64,000 nucleotides of DNA from an uncultured Ignavibacteria bacterium. GTDB lineage: Bacteria; Bacteroidota; Ignavibacteria; UBA10030; SZUA-254. Location of the stretch: positions 75,960 to 139,959 of the forward strand of contig CAVRTZ010000026.1 in the NCBI GenBank assembly GCA_963724215.1, in the 5' to 3' direction. A program made the position numbers and the translations under genes. Positions 1 to 11,713 of the stretch are shown here, in pieces; position 1 is the first letter of the stretch; the number at the start of each line of letters is the position of its first letter. Below the pieces are notes generated by a model. That model saw nothing but the letters and a program-made list of their open reading frames with translations, had not been told where the DNA came from and made no database searches.

Positions 1-422
<422 letters not shown>

Positions 423-458
423 GTAAAAAACCCCGGGGTGAAAAAGGTGGGGTGGATA

Positions 459-487
459 TTGACTATTTCCATTTTTTTTATTAAATT
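459..487 (+). promoter_or_regulatory. candidate sigma70-type promoter for the ribosomal super-operon
   Basis: TTGACT (459-464), 17-nt spacer, TAAATT (482-487), inside the only AT-rich island between the rpoC stop and the rpsL start. Sequence-only prediction. Confidence 0.4.
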
Positions 488-519
488 TATAAGCTTTTTC
501 ATATTTTGGAGTACCTCCG

Positions 520-891
520 TTGCCTACGATTAACCAATTAATCCGGTTTAGCAGGGAAAAAGTTACTTTCAAAAGTAAATCCCCCGCGCTGGAAAGTTCG
601 CCGCAGAAGCGCGGCGTCTGCACGCGCGTCTATACCACGACGCCGAAAAAACCGAACTCGGCGCTGCGCAAAGTGGCGCGCGTCCGCCTGACGAACAGCC
701 TCGAGGTGACGGCGTACATCCCGGGTGAGGGCCATAACCTGCAGGAGCACTCGATCGTGCTGATCCGCGGCGGCAGGGTCAAGGACCTTCCCGGCGTCCG
801 GTACCACATCATCCGGGGCTCCCTCGATACGGCCGGCGTGACGGACAGGAAACAGGGGCGCTCGAAATACGGCGCGAAGAAAGCGAAGTAA
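520..891 (+). CDS. rpsL: 30S ribosomal protein S12
   Basis: 123 aa, MPTINQLIR...[19 protein letters not shown] start with GGAG 8 nt upstream. Canonical first gene of the str operon. Confidence 0.97.
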   Translation: MPTINQLIRFSREKVTFKSKSPALESSPQKRGVCTRVYTTTPKKPNSALRKVARVRLTNSLEVTAYIPGEGHNLQEHSIVLIRGGRVKDLPGVRYHIIRGSLDTAGVTDRKQGRSKYGAKKAK

Positions 892-897
892 ACGACC

Positions 898-1365
898 ATG
901 CGAAAGAAAACTGCCTCGAAGAGAATCAAGAGCCCCGACCCGAAGTACGGGGATCTCCTGGTGTCGAAATTCATCAACTCCGTGCTGAAGGAGGGGAAGA
1001 AACACCTCGCCCGCAGCATCGTCTACGGCGCGTTCGACATCGTCGAACAGCGGACGAAGCAGCCCGGGGTGGAAGTGTTCAAGAAGGCGATCAGCAACGT
1101 GAAGCCGCTCCTCGAGATCCGCGCCCGCCGCGTGGGCGGCGCGACCTACCAGATCCCGACGGAAGTCCGACCGGACCGCAGCACGGCCCTGGCGTTCCGG
1201 TGGATCATCGCCTACGCCTCGGACCGCAAGGACAAGTCGATGCAGCTCAAGCTCGCCGCGGAGTTCATGGCGGCCGCCAACAACGAGGGCAGCGCGGTGA
1301 AGAAGAAGGAAGACACGCACAAGATGGCCGAAGCGAACAAGGCGTTCGCCCACTTCAAGTGGTAA
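898..1365 (+). CDS. rpsG: 30S ribosomal protein S7
   Basis: 155 aa, ...SPDPKYGDLLVSKFINSVLKEGKK...; follows rpsL. Confidence 0.96.
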   Translation: MRKKTASKRIKSPDPKYGDLLVSKFINSVLKEGKKHLARSIVYGAFDIVEQRTKQPGVEVFKKAISNVKPLLEIRARRVGGATYQIPTEVRPDRSTALAFRWIIAYASDRKDKSMQLKLAAEFMAAANNEGSAVKKKEDTHKMAEANKAFAHFKW

Positions 1366-1409
1366 GGACGCCATAGAACATTGAAATAGAGAAGAAAACA
1401 CCTTTTAGT

Positions 1410-3512
1410 ATGCCCAGAGCCATTTCACTCGAAAAGACGCGCAATATCGGCATCATGGCCCACATCGATGCCGGCAAGACCACCACGACGGAACGGATCC
1501 TGTTCTATACGGGCATCCTCCATCGCATGGGTGAGGTGCATGACGGCGCGGCCACGATGGACTGGATGGAGCAGGAGAAGGAGCGCGGCATCACGATCAC
1601 GAGCGCCGCGACGACGTGTTCCTGGAACAACCACCGCATCAACATCATCGATACGCCCGGCCACGTCGACTTCACGGTCGAGGTCGAGCGCTCGCTGCGC
1701 ATCCTCGACGGCGCGGTCGCCCTTTTCTGCGCCGTGGGCGGCGTCGAACCCCAGTCCGAGACGGTCTGGCGGCAGGCGGACAAGTACGGCGTGCCCCGGA
1801 TGGCGTTCGTCAACAAGATGGACAGGATCGGGGCGGATTTCTACAATTGCATCGCCATGATGCGGAGCAGGCTCGGGGCGAACGCGGTCCCGATCCAGAT
1901 CCCGCTCGGCGAGGGCGACATGTTCACCGGCATCATCGACCTGATCACGATGAAAGCGCGCGTCTTCACCGACGGCACGCAGGGCACCGTCTTCGAGGAC
2001 CTCGACATACCCACCGGAATGAAGGCGAAGGCGCAGGAGTACCGCACCAAGATGCTCGAGGCGGTCTCCGACGAGGACGACACGCTGCTCGAAAAATACC
2101 TCGAGGGGAAGGACATTTCCCCCGACGAGATCCGCGTCGTGCTCCGCCGGTCGTGTCTCAAGGTCAACATCATCCCGGTCCTGTGCGGTTCGTCCTTCAA
2201 GAACAAGGGCGTGCAGAGCCTTCTCGACGCCATCGTGGCGTTCCTCCCGTGCCCGCTGGACCTGGGCGGCGGGGAAGTGGAAGGGCATCACATCAACATG
2301 CGGGACCGCATCGTCCGGAAGGTCTCCGACACCGAGAAGATCACGGGGCTGGCGTTCAAGATCATGACCGACCCGTACGTCGGGCGGCTGACGTTCGCCC
2401 GCATCTACACCGGAACCCTGAAGAGCGGCTCCTACATCTATAACCCGATCTCCGACAAGCGCGAGCGCGTCGGGCGGCTTCTGCGGATGCACGCCAACCA
2501 CCGCGAGGACATCGACGAGGCGTTCGCGGGCGACATCATCGCCATCGTGGGGCTGAAGTCCACCAAGACCGGCGAGACGCTCTGCGACGAATCGGACCCG
2601 ATCATCCTCGAGAAGATGGAGTTCCCGCAGCCGGTCATCTCCGTGGCGATCGAGCCGAAGACGAAGGCCGACCAGGAGAAGATGGGCGAGGCCCTGGCGA
2701 AACTCTCCGAGGAGGACCCGACGTTCCGCGTCAACACCGACGAGGAGACGGGCCAGACGATCATCAGCGGCATGGGCGAACTGCACCTGGAAATCATCGT
2801 CGACCGGATGAAGCGCGAGTTCCGCGTCGAAGCCAACGTCGGCAAGCCGCAGGTCGCGTACAAGGAAACGATCCGCAGGAAGGTCCAGCAGGAGGGCAAG
2901 TTCGTCCGCCAGTCGGGCGGCCGCGGCCAGTTCGGCCACGTCTGGATCGAGGTCGAGCCGAACGAGAAGGGCAAGGGATACGAGTTCGAGAACGCGATCG
3001 TCGGCGGCGTGATCCCGAAGGAATTCATCAACCCGGTCTCGGAAGGCATCGTCGAGGCCATGCGCAACGGCGTGCTGGCCGGGTACCCGGTCGAAGACAT
3101 CAAGATCAAGCTGTTCGACGGATCGTACCACGACGTGGACTCGTCGGAGATGGCGTTCAAGATCGCGGGCTCGATGGCGTTCAAGGAAGCCGCCAGGAAG
3201 GCCCACCCCGTCCTCCTGGAGCCGATCATGGAAGTGGAGGTCGTGACCCCCGAGGATTACATGGGCGACGTCATGGGCGACCTGAGCTCGCGCAGGGGGA
3301 AGATCGAGGGCCTCTCGTCGCGGAAGGACGCGCAAATCATCAAGGCGAAGGTGCCGCTCTCGGACATGTTCGGCTATTCGACGGTCCTCCGGTCCATGAC
3401 GCAGGGCCGGGCGATCTACTCGATGCAGTTCGCGTACTACGAAGAGGTGCCGAAGAACATCGCCGAGCAGATCATCGAAAAAGTCAAGGGCAAGGAAAGC
3501 GTGCCCGCATAA
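1410..3512 (+). CDS. fusA: elongation factor G
   Basis: 700 aa, G1 motif [17 protein letters not shown], full-length EF-G. Intact single frame. Confidence 0.97.
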   Translation: MPRAISLEKTRNIGIMAHIDAGKTTTTERILFYTGILHRMGEVHDGAATMDWMEQEKERGITITSAATTCSWNNHRINIIDTPGHVDFTVEVERSLRILDGAVALFCAVGGVEPQSETVWRQADKYGVPRMAFVNKMDRIGADFYNCIAMMRSRLGANAVPIQIPLGEGDMFTGIIDLITMKARVFTDGTQGTVFEDLDIPTGMKAKAQEYRTKMLEAVSDEDDTLLEKYLEGKDISPDEIRVVLRRSCLKVNIIPVLCGSSFKNKGVQSLLDAIVAFLPCPLDLGGGEVEGHHINMRDRIVRKVSDTEKITGLAFKIMTDPYVGRLTFARIYTGTLKSGSYIYNPISDKRERVGRLLRMHANHREDIDEAFAGDIIAIVGLKSTKTGETLCDESDPIILEKMEFPQPVISVAIEPKTKADQEKMGEALAKLSEEDPTFRVNTDEETGQTIISGMGELHLEIIVDRMKREFRVEANVGKPQVAYKETIRRKVQQEGKFVRQSGGRGQFGHVWIEVEPNEKGKGYEFENAIVGGVIPKEFINPVSEGIVEAMRNGVLAGYPVEDIKIKLFDGSYHDVDSSEMAFKIAGSMAFKEAARKAHPVLLEPIMEVEVVTPEDYMGDVMGDLSSRRGKIEGLSSRKDAQIIKAKVPLSDMFGYSTVLRSMTQGRAIYSMQFAYYEEVPKNIAEQIIEKVKGKESVPA

Positions 3513-3566
3513 CCCCTGCATTGAAAACAGCAACGTCCACCATCGAAGGACCAAAGGAGAGAAGGT

Positions 3567-4779
3567 ATGGCAAAGGAAAAGTTCACACGAGATAAACCGC
3601 ACATCAACGTCGGCACGATCGGGCACATCGATCACGGCAAGACGACGCTCACCGCGGCCATCACGATGGTCCTCGGGAAGAAGGGTCTCGCCTCGATCCG
3701 GACGTTCGACAGCATCGACAACGCCCCCGAGGAGCGCGAGCGCGGCATCACGATCGCCGTGGCGCACGTCGAGTACCAGACCGCCAAGCGGCACTACGCG
3801 CACGTCGACTGCCCCGGCCACGCCGACTACATCAAGAACATGATCACCGGCGCCGCCCAGATGGACGGGGCGATCCTCGTGGTCGCGGCCAACGACGGCC
3901 CGATGCCCCAGACGCGCGAGCACATCCTGCTCGCCCGCCAGGTCGGCGTGCCGAAGATCGTGGTCTTCATGAACAAGGTGGACATGGTCGACGATCCCGA
4001 GCTGCATCGAGCTCGTCGAGATGGAAATGCGGGACCTCCTCAAGAAGTACGAGTTTCCCGGCGACGAAATTCCGATTATTCGCGGCAGCGCCCTCAAGGC
4101 GATGGAACGCGCGATCGCGGCCGACTCGAAGGCGGACGACCCCGCGTTCAAGCCGATCTTCGACCTGATGGACGCGGTTGACACGTACATCCCGGTCCCG
4201 AAGCGCGACGTCGACAAACCGTTCCTGATGCCGATCGAGGACGTCTTCTCGATCACCGGACGCGGAACCGTCGGCACCGGCAGGGTCGAACGCGGCAAGG
4301 CCAAGGTGGGCGACGAAGTCGAGCTCATCGGGCTCGGCGCGCACAAGAAGACCGTCATCACCGGCGCCGAGATGTTCCGGAAGGAACTCGACGAGGTCCA
4401 GGCGGGCGACAACGCGGGCCTCCTGCTGCGCGGCGTCGACAAGGCCGAACTCGAGAGGGGCATGGTCATCGCCAAGCCCGGATCGATCACGCCCCACACG
4501 AAATTCACCTGCCAGGTCTACATCCTCAAGAAAGAGGAAGGCGGACGCCATACCCCGTTCTTCAACGGGTACCGGCCGCAGTTCTATTTCAGGACGACGG
4601 ACGTGACGGGCGTGGCGACGCTGCCCGGCGGGACCGAGATGGTCATGCCCGGCGACAACGTCGACAACATGAGCGTCGAGCTCATCGGCGAAATCGCGAT
4701 GGAAGAAGGTCTCCGGTTCGCCATCCGCGAAGGCGGAAAGACGGTCGGGGCCGGCGTCGTGACGAAGATCCTGGAATAA
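3567..4779 (+). pseudogene. tuf: elongation factor Tu, frame broken by one extra nt near 4005 (probably intact in vivo)
   Basis: [27 protein letters not shown]...[11 protein letters not shown] in frame 0. The EF-Tu sequence continues as [32 protein letters not shown]... in frame +1 (ORF 4021-4779). Junction is gag ctg C atc gag. Confidence 0.9.
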
Positions 4780-4805
4780 CAATACTCAAAGAGGGGACGT
4801 CTGCA

Positions 4806-5114
4806 GTGGCCACGCAAAAGATCCGGATCAAACTGAAGTCATACGATCACACGCTGATCGATAAATCGGCGGAAAAGATTATCAAGACCGTCAAGTCGAC
4901 AGGTGCGGTTGTTTCAGGTCCGATCCCGCTGCCGACCAAGCGCACGCTCTACACCGTGCTGCGGTCGCCCAACGTTGACAAGAAATCACGCGAACAGTTC
5001 GAGATGCGGTCCCACAAGCGCCTCATCGACATCCTCAACTCGTCCAACAGGACGGTTGACTCGTTGATGAAGCTGGAGCTCCCCGCTGGCGTCGATGTGG
5101 AGATAAAAGTCTAA
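4806..5114 (+). CDS. rpsJ: 30S ribosomal protein S10
   Basis: 102 aa, [22 protein letters not shown]...; GTG start; first gene of the S10 block. Confidence 0.96.
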   Translation: MATQKIRIKLKSYDHTLIDKSAEKIIKTVKSTGAVVSGPIPLPTKRTLYTVLRSPNVDKKSREQFEMRSHKRLIDILNSSNRTVDSLMKLELPAGVDVEIKV

Positions 5115-5205
5115 CTATCTTTTCCGTATCCGTTCTTCACTCATCCCCCGTCCGGGGGGCCTCGCGCCTCTCCGGACGGAAGGGTACTTTTTTCAAAGAA
5201 AGACA

Positions 5206-5835
5206 ATGACTGGTATCCTCGGCAAGAAAATAGGAATGACCAGCGTCTTCGATGAAAGGGGACAATCCATCCCCTGCACCGTCATCGAAGCGGGTCCGTG
5301 CACGATCACGCAGATCAAAACCGTGGAACGGGACGGCTATACCGCCCTCCAGCTCGGCTTTGACGAAAAACCGGAACGCGCCGTCAACAAGCCGGAAGCG
5401 GGACACCTCAAGAAGGCCGGGGCCTCCGGAAAGAGGCTCACCCGGGAATTCAGGGGCTTCGACGTCTCCAAGTTCCAGCTGGGCGGCGAGGTCAGGGTCG
5501 ACGCCATTTTCGCGGTGGGCGACAAGGTCTCCGTCGCGGCGAACTCGAAGGGGAAGGGATTCCAGGGCGTCGTGAAGCGCCACCACTTCGGCGGCGGATT
5601 CAGGACCCACGGCCAGAGCGACCGCGAGCGCGCCCCCGGTTCGATCGGCGGCAGCTCGTATCCCTCGAGGGTCTTCAAGGGCATGAGGATGGCCGGCAGG
5701 ATGGGCAACGAGCGGATCACGGTGAAGAACCTGCGGGTGTTGAACATCATCCCGGAATCGAACATTATTCTTATCCGCGGGTCGGTGCCGGGGCACAACA
5801 ACACCTACGTGGAAATCATCAAGGATATGAGATAG
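5206..5835 (+). CDS. rplC: 50S ribosomal protein L3
   Basis: [19 protein letters not shown]...; S10-operon order. Confidence 0.96.
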   Translation: MTGILGKKIGMTSVFDERGQSIPCTVIEAGPCTITQIKTVERDGYTALQLGFDEKPERAVNKPEAGHLKKAGASGKRLTREFRGFDVSKFQLGGEVRVDAIFAVGDKVSVAANSKGKGFQGVVKRHHFGGGFRTHGQSDRERAPGSIGGSSYPSRVFKGMRMAGRMGNERITVKNLRVLNIIPESNIILIRGSVPGHNNTYVEIIKDMR

Positions 5836-5848
5836 GGAGCGCGCGATT

Positions 5849-6475
5849 ATGGAAGTCGACATCTATACCAAAGAGGGAAAGCCGAGCGGGAAGAAGATCT
5901 CCCTCCCCGACGCGGTCTTCGGGATCGAGCCCAACCAGCACGCGATGTACGAGGCCGTGACGACCTATCTCGCCAACCAGCGGCAGGGAACGCACAAGAC
6001 GAAGACGTACGGCGAAGTGTCCGGCAGCGGCAAGAAACTCTGGAAGCAGAAGCACACCGGGCGGGCCAGGATCGGCGCCCTCCGTTCACCGCTCTGGAAG
6101 GGCGGCGGCACCATCTTCGGACCGGTACCGAGGGATTACTCCGCGAAGCTCCCGCGAAAGGTGCGCCAGCTCGCGCGGCGCAGCGCGCTGAGCCACAAAC
6201 TGCGCGAGGAATCGATCCGGGTGGTGGAGGACTTCACCCTTGAAGCCCCGAAGACGAGGGAGATGGCCGCGGTCCTTGCCGCCCTCCAGATCAAGGGGAA
6301 GAAAACGCTCCTCCTGACGTCGAAGAACGACCCGATCGTGTACAAGGCCGGCCGGAACATCCCGAGGCTGAACATCCTCCAGGCGTCGCAGGCGAGCACG
6401 TATGAAATCCTCGACAACCAGGTGCTCCTCCTCCAGCAGAGCGCGGTGGCCGAGATCGAAAAAATGTTAGCATGA
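5849..6475 (+). CDS. rplD: 50S ribosomal protein L4
   Basis: 208 aa, ...LPDAVFGIEPNQHAMYEAV...KQKHTGRAR; synteny. Confidence 0.95.
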   Translation: MEVDIYTKEGKPSGKKISLPDAVFGIEPNQHAMYEAVTTYLANQRQGTHKTKTYGEVSGSGKKLWKQKHTGRARIGALRSPLWKGGGTIFGPVPRDYSAKLPRKVRQLARRSALSHKLREESIRVVEDFTLEAPKTREMAAVLAALQIKGKKTLLLTSKNDPIVYKAGRNIPRLNILQASQASTYEILDNQVLLLQQSAVAEIEKMLA

Positions 6476-6485
6476 CAGGACCCAG

Positions 6486-6776
6486 ATGATAAGCATCATT
6501 TTTCGCCCGATCGTCACCGAGAAGATGACCGCGCTCCAGGACAAGGGCCGGTACGCCTTCGAGGTGGACCTCGGCGCCAATAAGATCGACATCGCCCGGG
6601 CCGTGGCGAAAAAATTCAACGTCACGGTCGTCAACGTCCGCACGATGAACTACAAGGGCAAGACCAAGACCCAGATGACCAAGCGCGGCCGGTTCGCCGG
6701 GAAGACGTCGCACTTCAAGAAGGCGATCGTCACCCTCAAGGACGGCGACGCCATCAACCTCTTCGAGAACGTTTAA
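6486..6776 (+). CDS. rplW: 50S ribosomal protein L23
   Basis: 96 aa, [24 protein letters not shown]; synteny. Confidence 0.95.
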   Translation: MISIIFRPIVTEKMTALQDKGRYAFEVDLGANKIDIARAVAKKFNVTVVNVRTMNYKGKTKTQMTKRGRFAGKTSHFKKAIVTLKDGDAINLFENV

Positions 6777-6802
6777 CGCAGACAAGGAACCACGGTACCA
6801 CG

Positions 6803-7630
6803 ATGCCCGTACGCAAATTACGACCGACCACTCCCGGCACCCGATGGATGTCGGTGCCGACCTTCGACGAGATCACGAAGTCGAAGCCGGAAAAGTCCCT
6901 GATCGAGCCGCTCCGGAAGACCGGGGGACGGAACACGAACGGCCACATCACGTCGCGCCACCGCGGCGGCGGGCACAAGCGTTTCTACCGGATCATCGAC
7001 TTCAAGCGCGACAAGCGCAACATCGAAGCGAGGGTCGTGGCGGTCGAATACGACCCCAACCGCTCGGCCAGGATCCTGCTGCTCTGCTACAAGGACGGCG
7101 ACAAACGGTACATCCTCGCGCCGGACGGGGTGAAAGTCGGCGACGTTCTGATGTCGGGCGAAGGATCTGAAATCAAGGTCGGCAACTCGATGCCCCTGGC
7201 GAGCATCCCGGTGGGCACCTCGGTGCACGCCGTCGAAATCAGGCCGGGCAAGGGCGCCCAGATCGGCCGCAGCGCGGGGACGGAAATCCAGCTCATGGCG
7301 AAGGAAGGCAAGTTCGCCCAGCTCAAGCTCCCGTCGGGCGAGATCAGGAACTTTCCCGTGACGTCGTACGCGACGATCGGCGTCGTGAGCAACCGCGACC
7401 ACGAGAACATCAGCCTGGGGAAGGCCGGCCGTTCACGGTGGCTCGGCATCAGGCCGCAGTCGAGGGGCGTGGTCCAGAATCCGGTCGACCACCCGCACGG
7501 CGGCGGCGAAGGCAAATCCCCGCAGGGCAATCCCCATCCGGTCTCCCCCTGGGGATGGCACACCAAGGGCAAGAAGACGCGCCGCCACAAGCTGGCGTCG
7601 AACAAGTTCATCGTCAAACGCAGGAAATAA
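6803..7630 (+). CDS. rplB: 50S ribosomal protein L2
   Basis: 275 aa, ...[15 protein letters not shown]...[11 protein letters not shown]. Confidence 0.97.
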   Translation: MPVRKLRPTTPGTRWMSVPTFDEITKSKPEKSLIEPLRKTGGRNTNGHITSRHRGGGHKRFYRIIDFKRDKRNIEARVVAVEYDPNRSARILLLCYKDGDKRYILAPDGVKVGDVLMSGEGSEIKVGNSMPLASIPVGTSVHAVEIRPGKGAQIGRSAGTEIQLMAKEGKFAQLKLPSGEIRNFPVTSYATIGVVSNRDHENISLGKAGRSRWLGIRPQSRGVVQNPVDHPHGGGEGKSPQGNPHPVSPWGWHTKGKKTRRHKLASNKFIVKRRK

Positions 7631-7636
7631 TCGCAT

Positions 7637-7927
7637 ATGGCACGTTCGCTGAAAAAGGGTCCCTACGTCGACGCGAGGCTTCAGGCGAAGATCGACGCGA
7701 TGGCGAAGTCGGGACAGAAAAAAGTCATCAAGACGTGGTGCAGGTCTTCCACCATCACGCCGGAATTCGTGGGCCACACCCTCGCCGTCCACAACGGGAA
7801 CAAGTTCATCCCGGTCTACGTCCACGAGAGCATGGTGGGGCATAAGCTCGGCGAATTCGCGCCGACGCGGATCTTCCGTTCGCATCCCGGACTGAAGAGC
7901 GAATCATCGACAGTCGTGGGGAGCTGA
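7637..7927 (+). CDS. rpsS: 30S ribosomal protein S19
   Basis: [12 protein letters not shown]...[12 protein letters not shown]. Confidence 0.96.
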   Translation: MARSLKKGPYVDARLQAKIDAMAKSGQKKVIKTWCRSSTITPEFVGHTLAVHNGNKFIPVYVHESMVGHKLGEFAPTRIFRSHPGLKSESSTVVGS

Positions 7928-7929
7928 CC

Positions 7930-8397
7930 ATGTCCGAATCCAGGGCCATCAACCGGTATATCGGGTCGTCCCCCCGCAAAATGCGGCTCGTGATCGACCT
8001 GATCAGGGGGAAATCGGTCCCCGACGCGCTGACGATCCTCCACTACTCGACCAAGCACCCGGCGAAGATCGCCGAGAAGGTGCTCCGCTCGGCGGTCTCG
8101 AATTTCCAGAACAAGGACCACGAGGGGAGGACCGAGATCGAGACGCTGTTCGTGAAGAGGGCGTTCGTCGACCCCGGACCGAGCATGAAGCGGATCCTGC
8201 CGGCCCCCATGGGACGGGCGTTCCGGATCGTCAAGAGATCGAACCACGTAACCATCGTGGTGGACAAGCGCGAACAGCGCGCGCGCGGGAAAGCCGCCGC
8301 GGCGGCGCCGTCGCAATCCGCGAAGGCCCAGCCCTCGAAGGCGCAGGCTGCAAAAGCCCAGGCCGCGAAGGCAACCAAGAAAACAGCGAAAGAATAG
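7930..8397 (+). CDS. rplV: 50S ribosomal protein L22 (with Ala/Lys/Gln-rich C-terminal tail)
   Basis: ...[23 protein letters not shown]... core plus tail [28 protein letters not shown]. Confidence 0.95.
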   Translation: MSESRAINRYIGSSPRKMRLVIDLIRGKSVPDALTILHYSTKHPAKIAEKVLRSAVSNFQNKDHEGRTEIETLFVKRAFVDPGPSMKRILPAPMGRAFRIVKRSNHVTIVVDKREQRARGKAAAAAPSQSAKAQPSKAQAAKAQAAKATKKTAKE

Positions 8398-8405
8398 GAG
8401 GACGA

Positions 8406-9047
8406 TTGGGACAGAAGGTACACCCCGTAGGGTTCAGGCTCGGCGTTCTGCGCACGTGGGATTCGAACTGGTACGACGACAAGACGTTCGCCGACAAGCT
8501 CCAGGAAGACCTCAAGATCCGCAACTACGTCTCGAGCCGCCTCAAGAAAGCCGGCATCTCACGGATCCTCATCGAGCGGACCCCGAAGCGTGCGGTGATC
8601 ACGATCCACACCTCCCGGCCGGGCATCGTCATCGGCCGCAGCGGCAAGGAGATCACGCAGCTCGAGGAGGAGCTCAAGCAGCTCACGTCGAAGGAGGTCA
8701 AGATCCTGATCCACGAGGTGAAGCGTCCCGAACTCGACGCCTTCCTCCTGGCCGAAAACATCGCCGGACAGCTCGAGGGACGGACGTCCTTCCGGCGGGC
8801 GATGAAGATGGGCATCACCTCGTCCATGCGGATGGGGGCCGAGGGCGTGCGCATCATGTGCGCGGGCCGTCTCGGCGGGGCCGAAATCGCGCGGACCGAA
8901 CAGTACAAGGAAGGGCGGATCCCGCTCCACACGCTGCGCGCCGACATCGACTACGCGCAGGCGACGGCGATGACCATCTACGGCACGATCGGGGTGAAGG
9001 TGTGGATCTGCCGCGGCGAGATGCTCGAACGGCCGGCGGCGAAGTAA
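8406..9047 (+). CDS. rpsC: 30S ribosomal protein S3
   Basis: [13 protein letters not shown]...; TTG start at 8406. Confidence 0.96.
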   Translation: MGQKVHPVGFRLGVLRTWDSNWYDDKTFADKLQEDLKIRNYVSSRLKKAGISRILIERTPKRAVITIHTSRPGIVIGRSGKEITQLEEELKQLTSKEVKILIHEVKRPELDAFLLAENIAGQLEGRTSFRRAMKMGITSSMRMGAEGVRIMCAGRLGGAEIARTEQYKEGRIPLHTLRADIDYAQATAMTIYGTIGVKVWICRGEMLERPAAK

Positions 9048-9090
9048 CGCCCGCGACATCACGACAGACAGCTGACACGAAGGACGACGA

Positions 9091-9516
9091 ATGTTACTAC
9101 CGAAGAGAGTAAAGTACCGCAAGGCGCAGCGCGGGCGGATGAGGGGCAAGGCCACCCGGGGCGCGATGATCAATTTCGGCGATTACGGCCTCAAGGCCAT
9201 GGAACCGGGATGGATCACGCAGCGCCAGATCGAGGCGGCGCGCGTGGCGCTCACCCGGTTGATGAAGCGCGAGGGCAAGGTCTGGATCCGGATTTTCCCG
9301 ACGAAGCCGGTGACCAAGAAACCGGCCGAAACAAGGATGGGCAGCGGAAAGGGCGTTCCCGAGTTCTGGGTCGCCGTGGTGAAGCCGGGCACGGTGATGT
9401 TCGAGCTCGGCGGCGTGAACAAGACCACGGCAGCCGAGGCCCTGAAACTCGCCTCGAGGAAACTGCCGATCAAAACGAAAATGGTGGCGCGCCCGACGCT
9501 GGGCTTCGCCGGATAA
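9091..9516 (+). CDS. rplP: 50S ribosomal protein L16
   Basis: [24 protein letters not shown]... Confidence 0.96.
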   Translation: MLLPKRVKYRKAQRGRMRGKATRGAMINFGDYGLKAMEPGWITQRQIEAARVALTRLMKREGKVWIRIFPTKPVTKKPAETRMGSGKGVPEFWVAVVKPGTVMFELGGVNKTTAAEALKLASRKLPIKTKMVARPTLGFAG

Positions 9517-9526
9517 GGAACAGACC

Positions 9527-9733
9527 ATGAAACCACGGGACATCCGCGCGTTGCAGACCGTCGAACTCGAGAAGAGGATCAGGGAGGAAGAGGAAAACCT
9601 CGTCCACCTCAAATTCCAGAAGGCCACCAGCCAGCTGGAGAGCCCCATCAAGATACGCAGCGTCCGCCGCGAGATCGCCAGGATGAAAACCGTCCTGAAC
9701 GAGAAACTGGCGGCGGCAGGAACGGCCGCCTGA
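9527..9733 (+). CDS. rpmC: 50S ribosomal protein L29
   Basis: 68 aa, helical, between rplP and rpsQ; ...ELEKRIREEEENLVHLKFQKATSQLE. Confidence 0.92.
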   Translation: MKPRDIRALQTVELEKRIREEEENLVHLKFQKATSQLESPIKIRSVRREIARMKTVLNEKLAAAGTAA

Positions 9734-9767
9734 GAACGCCGTTGCATAACCGTCGAAGAGAGAGACC

Positions 9768-10028
9768 ATGAACGACAGAACGACACAGAGGAAGGTACGA
9801 CAGGGCAGGGTGGTCAGCAACAAGATGCAGAAGAGCATCGTCGTGGCGATCGAGCGGAAGGTCCCGCACCCGGTGTACCGCAAGTATTTCAAACGGACCG
9901 TAAAGCTCACGGCGCACGACGAGAAGCAGGAGGCCGGCATCGGCGACCTGGTGCGCGTCATGGAGACCAGGCCCCTGAGCAAGACCAAGCGGTGGCGTTT
10001 AATGGAAATCATCGAGAAAGCCAAATAG
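9768..10028 (+). CDS. rpsQ: 30S ribosomal protein S17
   Basis: 86 aa, ...[29 protein letters not shown]... Confidence 0.95.
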   Translation: MNDRTTQRKVRQGRVVSNKMQKSIVVAIERKVPHPVYRKYFKRTVKLTAHDEKQEAGIGDLVRVMETRPLSKTKRWRLMEIIEKAK

Positions 10029-10041
10029 CAGGCGGTGCGAT

Positions 10042-10410
10042 ATGATTCAGGAAGAAACTAATCTGGTTGTCGCGGACAATTCGGGCGCCAAAAAGGTCCG
10101 ATGCATCCGCGTCCTCGGCGGTCACGACCGCCGGTACGCTTCGATCGGCGACCTGATCGTGGTCTCCGTGAAGAGCGCGATCCCGGGCGCCGGCGTCAAG
10201 AAGGGGGAGGTCTCCCGCGCCGTCATCGTCCGCACCAAGAAAGAAATCCGGCGGAAGGACGGCTCCTTCATCCGCTTCGACGAAAACGCCGCCGTGCTCC
10301 TCACCCCGCAGGGCGAGCCGCGGGGGACGCGCATCTTCGGCCCGGTCGCCCGCGAGCTGCGCGAAAAAAACTACATGAAGATCATCTCGCTCGCGCCCGA
10401 AGTCCTATAA
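10042..10410 (+). CDS. rplN: 50S ribosomal protein L14
   Basis: [27 protein letters not shown]... Confidence 0.97.
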   Translation: MIQEETNLVVADNSGAKKVRCIRVLGGHDRRYASIGDLIVVSVKSAIPGAGVKKGEVSRAVIVRTKKEIRRKDGSFIRFDENAAVLLTPQGEPRGTRIFGPVARELREKNYMKIISLAPEVL

Positions 10411-10428
10411 CCCGGAAATGACACGATC

Positions 10429-10752
10429 ATGAGCATTCAGAAAAACGACACGGTGATGGTGGTCGCCGGCAACTCGCGCGGGAAGACGGGGAAGGTCCTG
10501 AAGGTCTTCCGCGACAAGGAGCGCGCGATCATCGAGGGCGTCAACATCATCAAGCGCCACACGAGGGCCTCACAGAAAAACCCGCAGGGGGGCATCGTCC
10601 AGAAGGAGGAGGCGATCCACATGGCCAACGTCATGGTGGTGTGCCCGAAATGCAACAAGCCTTCGAGGCTCGGCCACAAGCAGGTGGCCGACGCCGGCAG
10701 CGGCCGCAAGCACATGATGCGGGTCTGCAAAAAATGCGAGCACATGTTTTAA
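10429..10752 (+). CDS. rplX: 50S ribosomal protein L24 (Cys-pair, zinc-ribbon-like C-terminus)
   Basis: KNDTVMVVAGNSRGKTGKVLKV (KOW motif). C-terminus carries CPKC...CKKC, as I recall for Thermus-type L24. Confidence 0.94.
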   Translation: MSIQKNDTVMVVAGNSRGKTGKVLKVFRDKERAIIEGVNIIKRHTRASQKNPQGGIVQKEEAIHMANVMVVCPKCNKPSRLGHKQVADAGSGRKHMMRVCKKCEHMF

Positions 10753-10767
10753 CTGAAAGAACGGCAC

Positions 10768-11448
10768 ATGGCGAAAGAGACGAAAGACATCAAAGAGACC
10801 AAAGAGAAAAAAGAGAAGAAGCCGAAGGCCGACCAGGCGCCAAAGGCGGAGAAGGGTGCGCAGAGCCACGAAGAGGACAAGGGCGTTACGCCCCGCCTCG
10901 AAGAGCTCTTCCGGAAATCGCTGACCGCGGACCTGATGAAGCGCTTCAAGTACCGGAGCGTCATGCAGGTCCCTCACCTGGAGAAGATCGCCGTGAACGT
11001 CGGCGTCGGGGCGGCCACGCAGGACCCCAAGATCCTGGACACGGTCGTGAAGGAGCTCGAGAGCATCGTCGGTCAGAAGCCGGTCGTGACCAAGTCGAAG
11101 AAGGCCATCTCCAACTTCAAGCTGCGCGAGAACGTCCCCATCGGGGTTCGCGTCACGCTGCGCAAGCGCAAGATGTACGAGTTCATGGACCGCTTCGTCG
11201 CCGTCGCCGTCCCCAGGATCAGGGACTTCCGCGGTTTTTCGGACAAGTCCTTCGACGGCCGGGGGAACTACACGGTCGGCATCAAGGAGCAGATCATTTT
11301 TCCGGAGATCGACGTCGACAAGGTGACGCGGGTCTTCGGCATGGACATCACGTTCGTGACCACGGCCCTCACCGACCAGGAGGCGATGGAGCTCCTGAAG
11401 GGCCTCGGGTTCCCGTTCGTGAAGCGCGACGAACAGGCGGCCGCCTGA
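10768..11448 (+). CDS. rplE: 50S ribosomal protein L5 with ~45-aa Lys/Glu-rich N-terminal extension
   Basis: Core ...[39 protein letters not shown]... preceded by [39 protein letters not shown]. Confidence 0.93.
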   Translation: MAKETKDIKETKEKKEKKPKADQAPKAEKGAQSHEEDKGVTPRLEELFRKSLTADLMKRFKYRSVMQVPHLEKIAVNVGVGAATQDPKILDTVVKELESIVGQKPVVTKSKKAISNFKLRENVPIGVRVTLRKRKMYEFMDRFVAVAVPRIRDFRGFSDKSFDGRGNYTVGIKEQIIFPEIDVDKVTRVFGMDITFVTTALTDQEAMELLKGLGFPFVKRDEQAAA

Positions 11449-11509
11449 CGACCGCGCCCACGGGACGAGACGATACTACGAAACCATTTCGACAGAGAGG
11501 AGTGACCAG

Positions 11510-11695
11510 TTGGCGCGACTAGCAATGAGAGTGAAGGCGAAACGGAAACCGAGGTTCCCGGTCCGGGCCCACAACCGCTGTGAGATCTGCGGGAGACCCC
11601 GGGCGTTCCTCCGGAAATTCGGAATCTGCCGCATCTGCTTCAGGAAAATGGCTCTCGAAGGGAAAATCCCCGGAGTCATCAAGGCCAGCTGGTAA
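11510..11695 (+). CDS. rpsN: 30S ribosomal protein S14, type Z (zinc form)
   Basis: 61 aa, [23 protein letters not shown] (CxxC...CxxC). Confidence 0.95.
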   Translation: MARLAMRVKAKRKPRFPVRAHNRCEICGRPRAFLRKFGICRICFRKMALEGKIPGVIKASW

Positions 11696-11713
11696 GGAGA
11701 CATCAGGAAAACT

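Noticed and set aside
1425-4508. 1027-aa ORF on the minus strand antisense to fusA/tuf. Similar giant antisense or off-frame ORFs occur at 55077-58457 (-), 13947-15824 (-), 29587-31527 (-), 20179-22464 (-), 21425-23269 (-), 61157-62956 (-) and 37251-39257 (+).
   Set aside because: These are Arg/Ala/Gly/Pro-rich low-information translations opposite or overlapping strongly conserved genes. Stop-poor alternative frames like these are expected in very GC-rich DNA. They carry no recognisable motifs.
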